A stretch of 64,000 nucleotides of DNA from Catajapyx aquilonaris (taxonomy: Eukaryota), in NCBI GenBank assembly GCA_000934665.2, contig KZ538006.1, positions 62,001 through 126,000 on the forward strand, written 5' to 3'. The position numbers and the translations under genes were made by a program. This document shows, in pieces, positions 40,909 through 52,900 of the stretch (the stretch's first letter is position 1; the number at the start of each line of letters is the position of its first letter). The notes beneath the pieces are model-generated. The model was given only the letters and a program-made list of their open reading frames with translations, searched no databases and was not told where the DNA came from.

Positions 40909-43221
40909 CTCCGTCAGCCTGTCCCAACTTTCCGGTTGGTTTGTCCTTGATTATGAATGCAAGCATATTAGTCGGCACCTGATATCCTGAAGTGCAAAGG
41001 TGATTATAATTATTTACAATGCAAATTAATGATTGACAAATTGCTTCTCATAGATGGGAACCGCCTGACGTCCCGGTTCCGTTATCGGCCGCGGCGTGAA
41101 AACTTCGGCCTTGCTGTGCAGAATTTTTTAATAGACATGATGGGCAGCAATTAAGAGAACACGCTAGAATTTTAACGAAGTCGTCCTGCTATTAGCACAT
41201 AGTCCTATGAGCCAATAGCATGACTATAATTTCGTTTGCAATATATTAAAATTTCTAACTATGCACCTACTCTCAAATATTTTTACATTTTCATCGTATA
41301 ATATCATTTCGAATCCCAGGTATGATTCAATTGAACAATTTGTTGTAAATTTGAGTTGAAATCAATCAATTGTGTTTAAAAATTACCATGAAACTTGAAT
41401 CACATTCTCTGTTCGGACCAAAAGCATTTGGGTGCTATTTCTCATAGATGAAGAGATTAATTTAGAGAGCAATTAGTGGGTTGGGTGTGTTCCCAAGTCC
41501 CCAGCTTGTTTCTGATCTCGTTTATAATTGCTGGTGGCCTCTGTGTGGGGCCTCCCTTGTCTCTTTCCCTGATGGTCCGAAGTTTCAATTGCGTCACCCC
41601 CGGAGGCAATCCAGATTCCGCGGCGACAGAAATGCCTTGGGGGGAGAGAAATGTATTGCGGTCGCCTCAACGTGAGGGACAAAGCTTGTTCAGTGTGCCT
41701 CCAAAAGACATGTGGATCTGGTGGTGAAAATGTCAGAACCGGCTTGTTCCATTGTTCTGCATGAGGAAAATACAACCGTTTGCACCCAGGATCAGACCTC
41801 CGGGACAGTGAGCAACGACCACCGAGAAAGGGTCGACAATTTCAGAGATCCCCTTTCCTGCTGGGGTCGACTGGGATCACCCCAAGAGAACCAGCTTGCC
41901 AACCCTGATTCAATTTAGTGCACGTGTGTTTGGCCAAAAATTATAGCCCTGTCGTTTGCCCGTGCACAAATCATCCTCCATATTTAATAAGCGCTTGCTA
42001 CCTTAAACAGCACTTGCTGATCCTTACTGCTGTTATCATCAAAATCCACATCCGGATACGATGATGAAGAGCTGCTTGCCAATTTATAACCCTGCTGGGT
42101 ATACCCACGGAGTGATCTTTGCCTCAGAGTGTACAGTAGGCACCCTTTAAAATGATGTGATCATTATGTTATGTCTTTTAAAGAACAGGGCACACTTTCA
42201 CCTTCGGTTCTGTGATAAGACACCACAACCTTTTTTTTAAAAAAAAAACGTCTCCACCTTCAATCTCTAGCAAGCAGCAAGTTCTGTAAAGAAATCCTCT
42301 AGGATTGGGTGGAGTACACCTGAGGTCCCCCCCAATCCAATCTCTTCTCTCTTTTTTTTTGTTCTGATTGGCATGCTGGAAGTGCTCTCCTTCTTTCCAG
42401 ATCACCAAAGCCTTGGGTTCCCCCCACAACCAGCCAGGTCCACCCCATCCATTAGAACACCCCCCGAAATTCCTGGAGACACTAGGACGTGTGACAAAGG
42501 CGCCAAGTTAAGAGGAGGGCTCGCCTATGATAAACCCCCCTGCTTAGTGTCACTGTTCTTTACACTGGGACGATACCAGCCCCTATTCAGGTGGGAGGTT
42601 GAGCCTCGTGTAGCGCGTTATTCGCTTGTCCCAAGTCGGAACAAGTCCATTCCAGTATCCTCCAGGTCTGATTTGTGTGTGGAAAAGCCTCGAGCACGTG
42701 GACAGTTCCACGCCCAGTGTTCGCAAAATAGTAACAAAACGCAGTGCACGGTGCAACATTGTCAATAAGCCAGATAACGAAATCCGGTGCTCGGCATGTT
42801 CGCAATTCGATTGACTGATTTGCAAAACCGCGGGAATGGAGGGGGGGGGACCCTAACCGCACAGTATTGTAAGTCAGGGCACGTTCCACAAATCCCACTA
42901 TTCCACAGCCCCCACGCAGTTTGGGTTTTTGATACACATACCTCGGGCACCCCGCTGTGTAATTATGTAGATCTATGCTCCGCCACGAAAGGCGTAGAAC
43001 GGAAACATACACTCCGCCTTCGTGATGCAATACTGAATTAATCACCCGCACCCAAAGTACCTGACACTCTCTCCCAAACCGCAAAGTCTGCTGAGACTAC
43101 CTAGGAAGCGTCGCTGAAATAACACATAAATCCGGGATGTTGCCATAATCGTCGACGCTAATTGTACTGGTCCGCAAACAGGACCTTTTCTCAAAACAGT
43201 ATGCGAAACGGACACAAGTAC

Positions 43222-43438
43222 CTTTGATGGCGGCGGTCACTTTGTCCAAAAAGTGGATGGTGATTGGCAGGAGGCTAGAATCCAGCCGGTAGGTGCCTTC
43301 GTGATGTTTGACCAAAAATATTCGGGTGTCCAGATGTCGAACTCGGGACGAGCAGAATGAAGGGTTGCCGAAACCTCCGACGACGACGATGGTGCCTTCC
43401 ACACTACTGTCGCCCTTTAGGACGCGCTTCACTCGAAC
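43222..43438 (-). CDS. AGRN: Agrin-like NtA proximal cassette, coding exon 2 (C-half of NtA)
   Basis: Acceptor CCAG|GTT at 43439/43438. Translation VRVKRVLKGDSSVEGTIVVVGGFGNPSFCSSRVRHLDTRIFLV...YRLDSSLLPITIHFLDKVTAAIK-G. Donor AAAG|GTACTT at 43222/43221 (217 nt, phase 1). Joins exon 1 in frame. Confidence 0.88.
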
Positions 43439-43440
43439 CT

Positions 43441-44197
43441 GGTCCCAGTTGAATCGGAGACATTTGTTCGTACATTACATTCCAGAAGTTATAGTCATTT
43501 ATGGGACATGTACGGAGAGTGAAAATGGGAACAATGCGCTAAACAGATCATGGAAGTTGCAATATTGTCGTTAGAAAGAGATTATTTTTTATTTCTTCTC
43601 ACTGATGTGTCAGCATGTTTTCTCAGCTGCTTTACGACTCACGAGCCCGTTTCTGACTTACAGAAAGTAGATTATAATAGTTATGGCACAACGGGAATCT
43701 CAGTCTAACACAAGTTGTCACACTCTGTACAAGTTTGCAACAACAATGGCGACTGAAAATATTGATGACTTGATTGATTAGAATCAAATCAAATTGCGGA
43801 AAATCTGAGATAACTTATGGTGAGCATAATTCAGAATCGGCAATTTTGCCATGATTTGCTTTGCCTTATCACTGACATTTGATTTGAAGTCGATGAGAAA
43901 TTTTATGACAGCTCAACTTTTGGAAATATGTTATTTTAAAGAGGTTACAATTTTAACCACGAATATTGAGTAAGCATCCTGTTGTATGTGCACAAATTGA
44001 TGAAAAACTATAATTATGTCAGATAATTACATATTTTTCTAATCTCTATCAGAAATTTTTGTCAAATTCAAATGTTTTATTAGGCTACAACATTTTATTA
44101 TTATCAAATCGAACAAATCGGTGCTGGACAATCGGACCATTTCCAAACTCTCCGACATTTCGGTCGCTCAACAATCATCTCCGAATCAACTGGGACC
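43441..44197. repeat. 20-bp inverted repeat (19/20 match) at the two ends of the proximal NtA intron
   Basis: 43441-43460 GGTCCCAGTTGAATCGGAGA versus the reverse complement of 44178-44197, GGTCCCAGTTGATTCGGAGA. Confidence 0.9.
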
Positions 44198-44211
44198 TCC
44201 AACATACGCAC

Positions 44212-44448
44212 CCTGACGTCATACTCCTTGGCCGGCTCCACATCATTGTTGTCGCGAACAGAAAGCAGCGGTGGTCCCGTGGGCTTCTCGACCCTGACCA
44301 CCTTCCCAGTGAAGACCAAATCGGCCCTATCCTCCCGATCCTCCAGAGACGCCTCCCGACAGTGCCGTCGAGGGCGCCTCCTCCGAGAAGCCCCCGTCAC
44401 CACCACCACAATCGCCAGAAGCACCAGAAGCACCTTTGTCGTCACCAT
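44212..44448 (-). CDS. AGRN: Agrin-like NtA proximal cassette, coding exon 1 (signal peptide + N-half of NtA)
   Basis: ATG at 44448 with an in-frame TAG just upstream. Translation MVTTKVLLVLLAIVVVVTGA-SRRRRPRRHCREASLEDREDRADLVFTGKVVRV...EYDVR. Donor AGG|GTGCGT at 44212/44211; 237 nt, phase 0. Confidence 0.88.
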
Positions 44449-44632
44449 CGTCGCCACCCACTTCTAACCGCGGATGGCCACCACCACTTCCATTCGCTTC
44501 TGGAAGAACTCTGGACAGAAACAGAAGCGTGCCGGCCGCCCTTTTTTTTCAACCCGAGGTTCTGGGATGCCCATTAGAGACCTCTGACGGCCACGGCCCA
44601 CCTCCATATGTGGAGAGGGTCTCTTAAGTATT

Positions 44633-44639
44633 TTTTATA
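44633..44639 (-). promoter_or_regulatory. Possible TATA box of the proximal NtA cassette
   Basis: TATAAAA on the minus strand about 190 nt upstream of ATG 44448, in otherwise GC-rich sequence. Motif match only. Confidence 0.25.
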
Positions 44640-47600
44640 CTCCTCCTCTCCCCTCTCTCCACCTCCCGACCAATTTTTTTTGGTAGGGTTCTCTCCGGGG
44701 AGGAAGCGAAAGAAGGTTGTGGTGATCTCCCAGCGTAGAAAGTTCTATTAAGGGACTTGGTCCGACCCACCCCTGAGTGTGGAATAAATCATTTTTGCTG
44801 GGTGTGTGTAATAATTATTGGGGTCTTTCTTGGACCGCTGATTGGGGATGGACATGTCACATGTGTCCGCTCTAATAAATCGGATGATGCAGAAAGTCGT
44901 GAGGAATTTGGCGCATAAGTAATTGCACAAAAAAAATTTGATTGAAGGCCCAATATATCGTGTTGGTGTTAGAAATAGGCCCAAGGTTTGGGTATGCAAA
45001 TGTTAAGCGAAAATAAACCGGCTGCACGTGTGGTATACATGGTAAAAATGGTCAGAGGCAACAATGGCAGAAAATCGTGCTTTTGTATAATTTTTTTCCA
45101 GGTGTTGTCTTAAACTAACAAAAGCACCGCTGTAAATGCTGTTTGTTATTGTAATACCTGACCTATTGTGGCAAAAATAGGCTGTCCTATTTACAATTTC
45201 GAATGAACACATTGTATGCAGAGTGGTGCCTAAGTCTAAAAAGAATTAATATTGTCCAACCTAAGGAACAAAATTCGTGGTTTCAAGAACTCTCACCTGC
45301 AGACTATTGTATGTCAAATATTATTTTTACATCATGTAGCATGTAAGTGGCTCATATGAGTAACCGGACGGTTTATTTACTTTCACATCATTCCCGTTAC
45401 AATCTTACGTGCGCAGCATCTTGCAAATCCTCGCGCCATCAAATTACCAATGATGATTTATCAGCCATTAACCCTCCCCGACAAGCAATTATTACAGGCC
45501 TCCAATCGATAGAGATCGCCATGACCGTTAATGACCGGCATATTCATTAATCCCGCGTAAATCAGCATCCACCAAGATCCTCAGATGTGTCCGGAGCAAC
45601 GCGTAAAAGTTTCTCGGCTGTCATGTACCACAATCGGCCATACATGGTCAGGCGTGCGACACCAGCATAAATCGGGGCCGAAATTCCGCATCCGGTAAAC
45701 ACCCTGTCCGGTGACTTTTTTTTTCCCCAGCCACATACAAAAAAGACCAGTTGAAAACCTCATCCTCCTCTTCATATGAGGATAATTCAAGACGGCATTG
45801 CCTCGATGGCTCCTCGCGCATGTCGAGCCCTGGGGCCTTCCAAATGGATGGACACGAGGTCTTGCTCTCGACTCAACTCGTCTGAATGTTTTCTCAACAA
45901 AGTTGTTGGGCAGCAATTTATGCCCTTTTAAGGACCACGACTGCTGCTATACCGGAGGGTGTAAAACCCGCGTAATGGGATGTGCCACAACTCGGACTGA
46001 ATTTTTCAGAGAAATGTATACGTTTTGTAACAGTATGTCAAACTGCCCCTGAAAAATACTGAACTTGAAAAAATATTGAAAAGTCATGCAGGTATAAAAT
46101 GGACGTGTTATGCAACAATGTTTCATCCCATAAAACTGTCAAAGGAACATATACCCAAAAGATCGTACGTAAATCAGTTAAAATCAATCTGGCGAAATAT
46201 GCATACTTCTGCCATAAATGGCCGAAAAAGGACACTGAATTAATTTCACAGGTTTTCAAAGCCCTTTTTCTCATGTGGGTTGACTTATTATTGCATAACA
46301 CCGTCCAAATAGTGCATGAATTGAATTGTTCCCATAATAATGTGCGCTATTCTTTCCACATTTTCCTTGCCCCACTGATATGCAAGAGCTTACGAATAAA
46401 AGCAATTAAAATTAACATTCAGCCGCCTGTCTCCCTGAAACGCGTGACTAATCCATCAGCTGCACCCAAACACACCACATTTTCACTACCATCTTCATTT
46501 AGATGCCAGCACATACACATTGTGTTCAGTCGCAAGAAGCTGGGTACAAGTGCTACCAAAAAAGTGTTGACTTTTGTTGGTCGTGAGGGCCGTGAAATAC
46601 GACAAAGAGATCCATTCAGCTCATCCCAATTAGCATTTCAATTGCTAGTGCTGAACTCGGGGACCTCGTCTCAATACATCAGAACACATCTTACTATATT
46701 AAACAGATGTCGCTACCCGAGTCTCGTGCTCGTGACAACAGCAATGCAAACAACACTCATTTGCTGATTCACCTTCACATAGTACGTGAATCTTCGGAAT
46801 GTCTATATACCTTGCATGCATAAAGCAGAATCGAGCTTATTTTAATTGCATCACGAAATGGCGTGAGGGTCAATAGTTGACTAGTGGTACGTACTGGGAT
46901 GAAGAACGTGTCTGGGACTGATCGCATCCACAGATTGATACCTCCATCACTCCTCAACACTCGAGGCGGGAACCAAAAAGCCAGAAATTAGCATGGAATC
47001 CATCCCCGATCCTCGTGACGGCGCCTGCCTCCTGGCTACTCCTGCTTTCAAACGTCACTTTCCCTGTCAAATTTGGTTGCCAGGGCCGAAGAATATACCT
47101 CAAGACGAGCCCAAGTCTGCACCGCCTCCTTCTCTCCCATTATACCCACCCATCGACGCCCATCCCAACCTCCTTTCCATCCCTGATTAATGGTGGAAAC
47201 CCTTTAGTTTTTTCCAAAATGCGCGCTTCTTCCCTTTCGGAAGAACAAAGGGAAGGAGAAAAAGTTGGCGCCAAATCCGTGGCTTCTACTTTCGGGTGCG
47301 GATCAGACGCGGGGAAACGCCTGTAGCTACCGCATGTATGAGCATGGGTGTGGGTGCTAAGACACGCGAGATAAAGGGACGCCACAGTACCCTGGGGTAC
47401 GGCACACCATCTCGATTAGTCTGCATTCCGATGCAATTGATGTTGAAGTATGGTTTGACAGCGAATTACATGTAGTCAAATAATATTCGGTACCCAATAT
47501 TTGGCCTTGAGAGTTTTCGTGCATGACCCGGACATACGTCCCTGGCCCATCCCATGTGTGGCCACATTCTGCACCCTCCAAACCTGGGCCCCGTGTGCTT

Positions 47601-49545
47601 GAAAAGTGGAAACACTAGTGGTTGAAAGCCCCACATTATTTCTTTCCCTAATAAGGACCACGACATGTTTACCCAAGACCTAATTACGGCACACGTGAAG
47701 CCGCGAAAATTACCCCTCTTGTACTTGTGCGAAAAACCATCTCCCACGGCTTGCCAAAATACGCCGGCGCCACAAACCTGAATCCTTGGGTGGCCTCGGC
47801 GCCAACACGAAACCAAAGATTCGGGAACAAATTGACCTGACTTTGTCTTGAAGATAGGAGACATCTGACTCCACGTCTTGTGGTGCATAATAAAATGAGG
47901 TGGGTGGCTACCTCTGAGTTATTATTTCAGGGTGGAACGACTTGACCTAAAGAGTAGCCCTGCTTAGATTCACAAGTGCAAATGGCGTCGAGATGACTTG
48001 AAGGTTGGTTCACTCCTTTTTTTTCGTTTCAAAGGAACGAGCTTTCTTCGCGCCTTGACAAATCGTTTGGAAATCCAATTACCATCTTGGTATGAAATCC
48101 ACGCATCCTTCACCTAAGATGGTTCGCGGAGGTTGGTTTGGAGTGAAAATGGATGTGGTCAGCTTTGATTTAATGAGCTTTCATCGACGTAGGGACAAAA
48201 AAAAAACCAGTTTGCCAAATGAAATGAACTCGTACGTGTAGTTGAGTAAAAACACTTCCGTACAGACAGGCTTTAGGGCATGCAAATTTCGATAAAAATT
48301 ATGGAAATGTCTCACCTGAATCGACGTAATTTAAAATTGCGGTGAAAATGTTACAAAAATTTTAATGTATTGATTTCGCACTGAAATGTCATGGCATCCA
48401 TCAATTTCGAAACAATCAGAAACTGTCACACTTTCTAAAATAATGTTTTAAAACCTGAACTTTACGGGTTTGCAAACTCCGGCCTGATTTTTTTTTCTAT
48501 ACTAAATCTAGACTCACTAAAAATTTACTGCCTGTAAATCAATTTGAGTGCACATTTCGAAGGCTTAATTTTCTCCTTATACTATTAACCTCCTATGCGG
48601 ATAAGCCTCAGTGAAACAAAATTAAATTGAAGCGTGTAATATGATTATTTACGATAATCATACTCAAAGGTTGTTACCAAACTCGCACCATGACCGTATA
48701 TAGATAACATGGGGCGGGTTAGGTGTATGAGGGGCAGATTTATCCATGGAGGTCTGCACGAAAAGGTCTGAAAGATCGAGCAGTTTGCAACCGGTTGCCA
48801 CACAGGAGCGGGATAAATATTCAGATTAGACCGTGTGACAACAACCTGTCACGAGAACTGGTGACCTCGCCCATAATTTTTTTTCCCCCAGAAGGCACTG
48901 CAAAACTGGGCGAAAACTTGTCCCTCTTCTTACATTGTACAGTTAGATATGACAACTTCATCATCAAAAGGTCCGTTGTTAAATTTAAATTCTAAAAAAA
49001 ATTGCCCACTTTGCATAAATTAGGACCTGAATTAGGCCAGATTGAAACTTATTTCTCTTGACAGTCTAAATAGCAATGTACTATTAAATTGTCAGGTGCA
49101 ATCACACGTCTTGACTTTTTGAGAATGTACCTGTTGGATCTGCACACCCGCAGCAGTTCAGGAAGTGACTTGAAACAATCGGAAATGATTGAAAGTACAC
49201 GAGGCAATTATCTGCACGTCGCGGTCCCCCCCCCCCCCAACCGCCTTGAGTCGGGTTTAAAGTGTATTATATGGGAGAAGACGGTGTCTCACTGGAGGGG
49301 TCATGAATCATTCAAAAGGGCAGGCTTGAAAAACCGAAAGAGCCGATACTCTGGTAGGACAACGCCTTCTGGCACTCCCATCCTTGTGCACTCAAAAGAA
49401 CTAGGTCAATGTCGACCATACCACCATAGTATAATAGATATACCAAGTGCTTACATTGTCTTGTGTGACGGCTTAAAATGCAGAACAACCAGAGTTACAT
49501 TTGACTGATTTCGTGATATGGAGATGGGAAATAGGAAAATGCAAA

Positions 49546-49580
49546 AATAAATAAATAAGTAAATAAATAAATAAATAAAT
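49546..49580 (+). repeat. (AAAT)n microsatellite
   Basis: About 8 units with one substitution. Confidence 0.85.
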
Positions 49581-49920
49581 ACAGGACATGGTTCGTGTAT
49601 ACAAAATACCTGACCAGTTCGGCCTTCACGAGGACCAACGAGTGACGACAGTGTGCAATCATTCAGTATCTCTCAACAAGAGCCTGATGGCTGTGTTAAG
49701 GTGCGTCTCCACAGGGGGGCCTGGAAATTCGCACGAGTTTAGCAAGAGGGTCATTCGTAGCGGCGCAACCTTGGGAGGAGTGTGGGCAGGAGCCACCCAA
49801 GCGGCCCAACTCATCACGGGCAACAGGTCCGGACTGGGAAGGATTTGGTAATTCCGGAGTCCACCCTAGCCCCAGGGCAGGAGGATGCCACCACGTGTTG
49901 TTGCCCGGGCCCCCATCCCC

Positions 49921-49946
49921 AGAAGAAGAAGAAGAAGAAGAAGAAG
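49921..49946 (+). repeat. (GAA)n microsatellite
   Basis: About 8 GAA units. Confidence 0.9.
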
Positions 49947-52900
49947 CTGGATGGAAGGTTATGGGAGCCTTTTTCTACCTAGAGAGAGAAGGAGGAGCAC
50001 CCTCCCTCCCTCTCCTCTTCAAAGGCAAAAGATTAATATGGGGTGGAGGAGCGGTCTTCATAATTAACTAGGAATCCTTCTCCTGAGCCCCTCATTGCCG
50101 GGGTCTCAGGCTGATTTGTCGAAGAGTTTTCTCGTTCGAGGCCGGGCTGTCGACTGCTCCTTTCTCCTTGTCAGTAATACTGATGATTGCTTCACTGATT
50201 GAATTCTTATTATTCACTTCCTGATCACGTAACATTGCTCCTTCAACTTTGGGGATCTATCTGGTGTACTGATCCGCTCTACTTGGTGTACCGGTAATTA
50301 TTTCTAAGCGAATTTTGGTAGTCATTAAGATCAACTGAGCAAAATTAAAGTAATGAACAAGAAGTGTCGGCTACATTCTATACATTAGGCTACAGATTTT
50401 ACTCTATCTTCAACTAAGATGCACATGTGGCATGTGACATAAATGGGCAAAATACGCTCTAACTCAACCGTACCGCTTGGCTATTATACAGTGTTTATGG
50501 ACACATAATTTCTAAATGCACCCCTTCGCAGTCAAACCTCGTGTCTTTTATATCCAAGGAAGCGGGTTTAACAAGCAATCATATTTGCGCTCTCCTGCCA
50601 TAAAAATAACGCGATGTAATTATTTTTCTAGCTTACCATCGTCGTATAGGGACGCGTGGTAGTTCTCTTCCTATGTATACGTAGGTAGTACATGGTTCGA
50701 TCACTGGTTGGACGGAAAATTCGTCGTTAATCTGACGAAAGGACGAATTCAACATTTTCCTAATTTTACAGGAGAGCCAAAAGAAACCTGCAAACCGCTA
50801 TACAAATAGGCTACTGTACATATCATATAGAATAGCCTTTTTTATTTTTCATTTGTCATAACCCTGACGCCACTTGCCCCACATGTTCCCCGTTTTGTCA
50901 GAATGCGACCCAACACTTTATGGGTTTATGGTGTTGGCAGAGCTACAATACACTATAATGTTGGCAAAATTGTTGAATTCTTCCTTTTGTCATATTAACG
51001 GCGATATTGTCTTGTATGGAAAGAAAAGTGAGCTGATAGTGTGGGAATTATTTACTTATTTAATATTTCCATGCAGAGATAACACCCTCGATGTGGAAGC
51101 GGATTTCCAAATTGTTTTGAATGATTAAAGCAACCTTGAAAGCAACGTGGAAGTGAAACTCAAGTGTCTTTAGTCACAATTATGTCACAATCAGTTAAAG
51201 CAATAAATTCAATTTCTAAATGGCGACACACCAGCGGCTGAAAATCCACGCCATAAAATAAATTAAATAAAAACGTCCCACACACCCTTCCAATTTGACG
51301 CAAACGTGGTTGTACAACTGTACCTGCACGACATTCAGTGACCATTACTCTTCGTTTAAGATTTCAAATAGAGCACATTCCCATAATTGGACTGTGTCCG
51401 GCTTAATTAGAAAAAAATGCGCACATCCCACGGCAGTCCAAAGAATTAAATTCCCACCCAAAACAACAGGTCACGTTCTGTGAATGATATATAGACCAAG
51501 ACCACTGTGATGCGTGTTGATCAAGTGCCCCCTAGCGCGATTAAAAAGCCCCACCGATGCCCACCACACCCTATCACCCTACAGCCCTTGTAGAAATCGA
51601 ACCATAACGTCCAGTGGGACGTAACTTCTTGGAAAAAAAGTACCAACCACCCTCACGCCTTTGGGGCCCCCCCGTCCGTTTCTAATCGCACTTGCCACCT
51701 CATCCTCTCAATTTGCCCACCTTGCCCTTTAGGCCTCATCACACGCGCAAAATGGCGAGGCGGCGTGGGGTACCACATCCACACAAAAAAATGCCTGAGA
51801 CCGGATTTTTTTTCTTCCAAGAAGTCTTGCGAGATCACACCCATCCTGGCGCCTGTGGAAAAGATGCATGTGAGTGTGTCTGTACGAGGGAAAAGTTGCC
51901 CCCGACGTGGGGTGGAGGCCGACGAGTTGGAGGAATTCTATCTGAAGGAAATTGTCCGGTCTGGTGAAAAATGGCGGGGTGTGGACAGGGCCCAAGTTTC
52001 TAAGAAAAAAGACAAACAACACCTTTAAAAAAAAAAGGATGGTGCCAATATTCGTGAGACGAGATATATCAAGGGCGGGATGTCATATTTTTAGAATCAG
52101 AAGACTTTGTTGACGTTATAAATAAGCGAGAACGACCTGCTTGGAGCGCTAACTAGCTCTGAATGCATAATATGTGGAGGAAAGCCACCAGATTAGCAAC
52201 GCTTAACGTAACTCAAGACATGAAACGCGTAGTAAACGCACTGGATTTGGGCTTGGCGCCAGTTCCCAAAGTGAATCTGGAAGAGGACCAAGCTCCAGTC
52301 AAAATATGTTATGAGATGTTTTGCATTCGTTGCACACACCCTCAAAAATCATTACGATAACACGTCCCTTAAGAATTTCACTTTATTACCGGAGGACAAT
52401 AACTATAAATATTTATTTTTAAAAATTCCCTAATATGCTCTCTGTTACGAAGAAATGAAAATAACTTTCCAGTAGGCGCAAATCGCACGAAATTAATTTC
52501 CTGAATTTTTCGCGACTTTGTCGGATTATTAACACAAACCCATAAGTCATAATGGTGATTCCCCCAGCCAGGTTTTTGTGTTTTTCCAGTTAACCCTACC
52601 CTTCGTCCCAGCATGATCTGTAGATAGATTTACATCTCCAGCGAAGACGAAAACATGCCGAGGGGTTTCCTTGTGACGATATGACGGAAAAGGCGCCGCA
52701 CTGGTTTCGTCTGGAAAGAAAATGGATTCCGCCCTTGTGCTTTTCTTCGCCCATTCGATTTCTCAGCAGGAGGGCCACGTGAGGGGATCTGAAGGTAAGG
52801 GTGTAGAAAAGTCCGTTGGTATGTACACCACCAAAAAAAATGTTAAAAACAAGATCATTGGAACACTTCAGTCGCATGTACTTTCCCTCCATTTCTAGTG

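Noticed and set aside
40571..40990. Poly-Tyr and poly-Ile ORFs
   Set aside because: Artefacts of the (AAT)28 microsatellite.
44059..44577. 172-aa plus-strand His/Arg-rich ORF
   Set aside because: Antisense shadow of the GC-rich NtA exon 1.
46099..46767. 222-aa plus-strand ORF
   Set aside because: No recognisable domain, composition looks non-coding, and no supporting splice structure.
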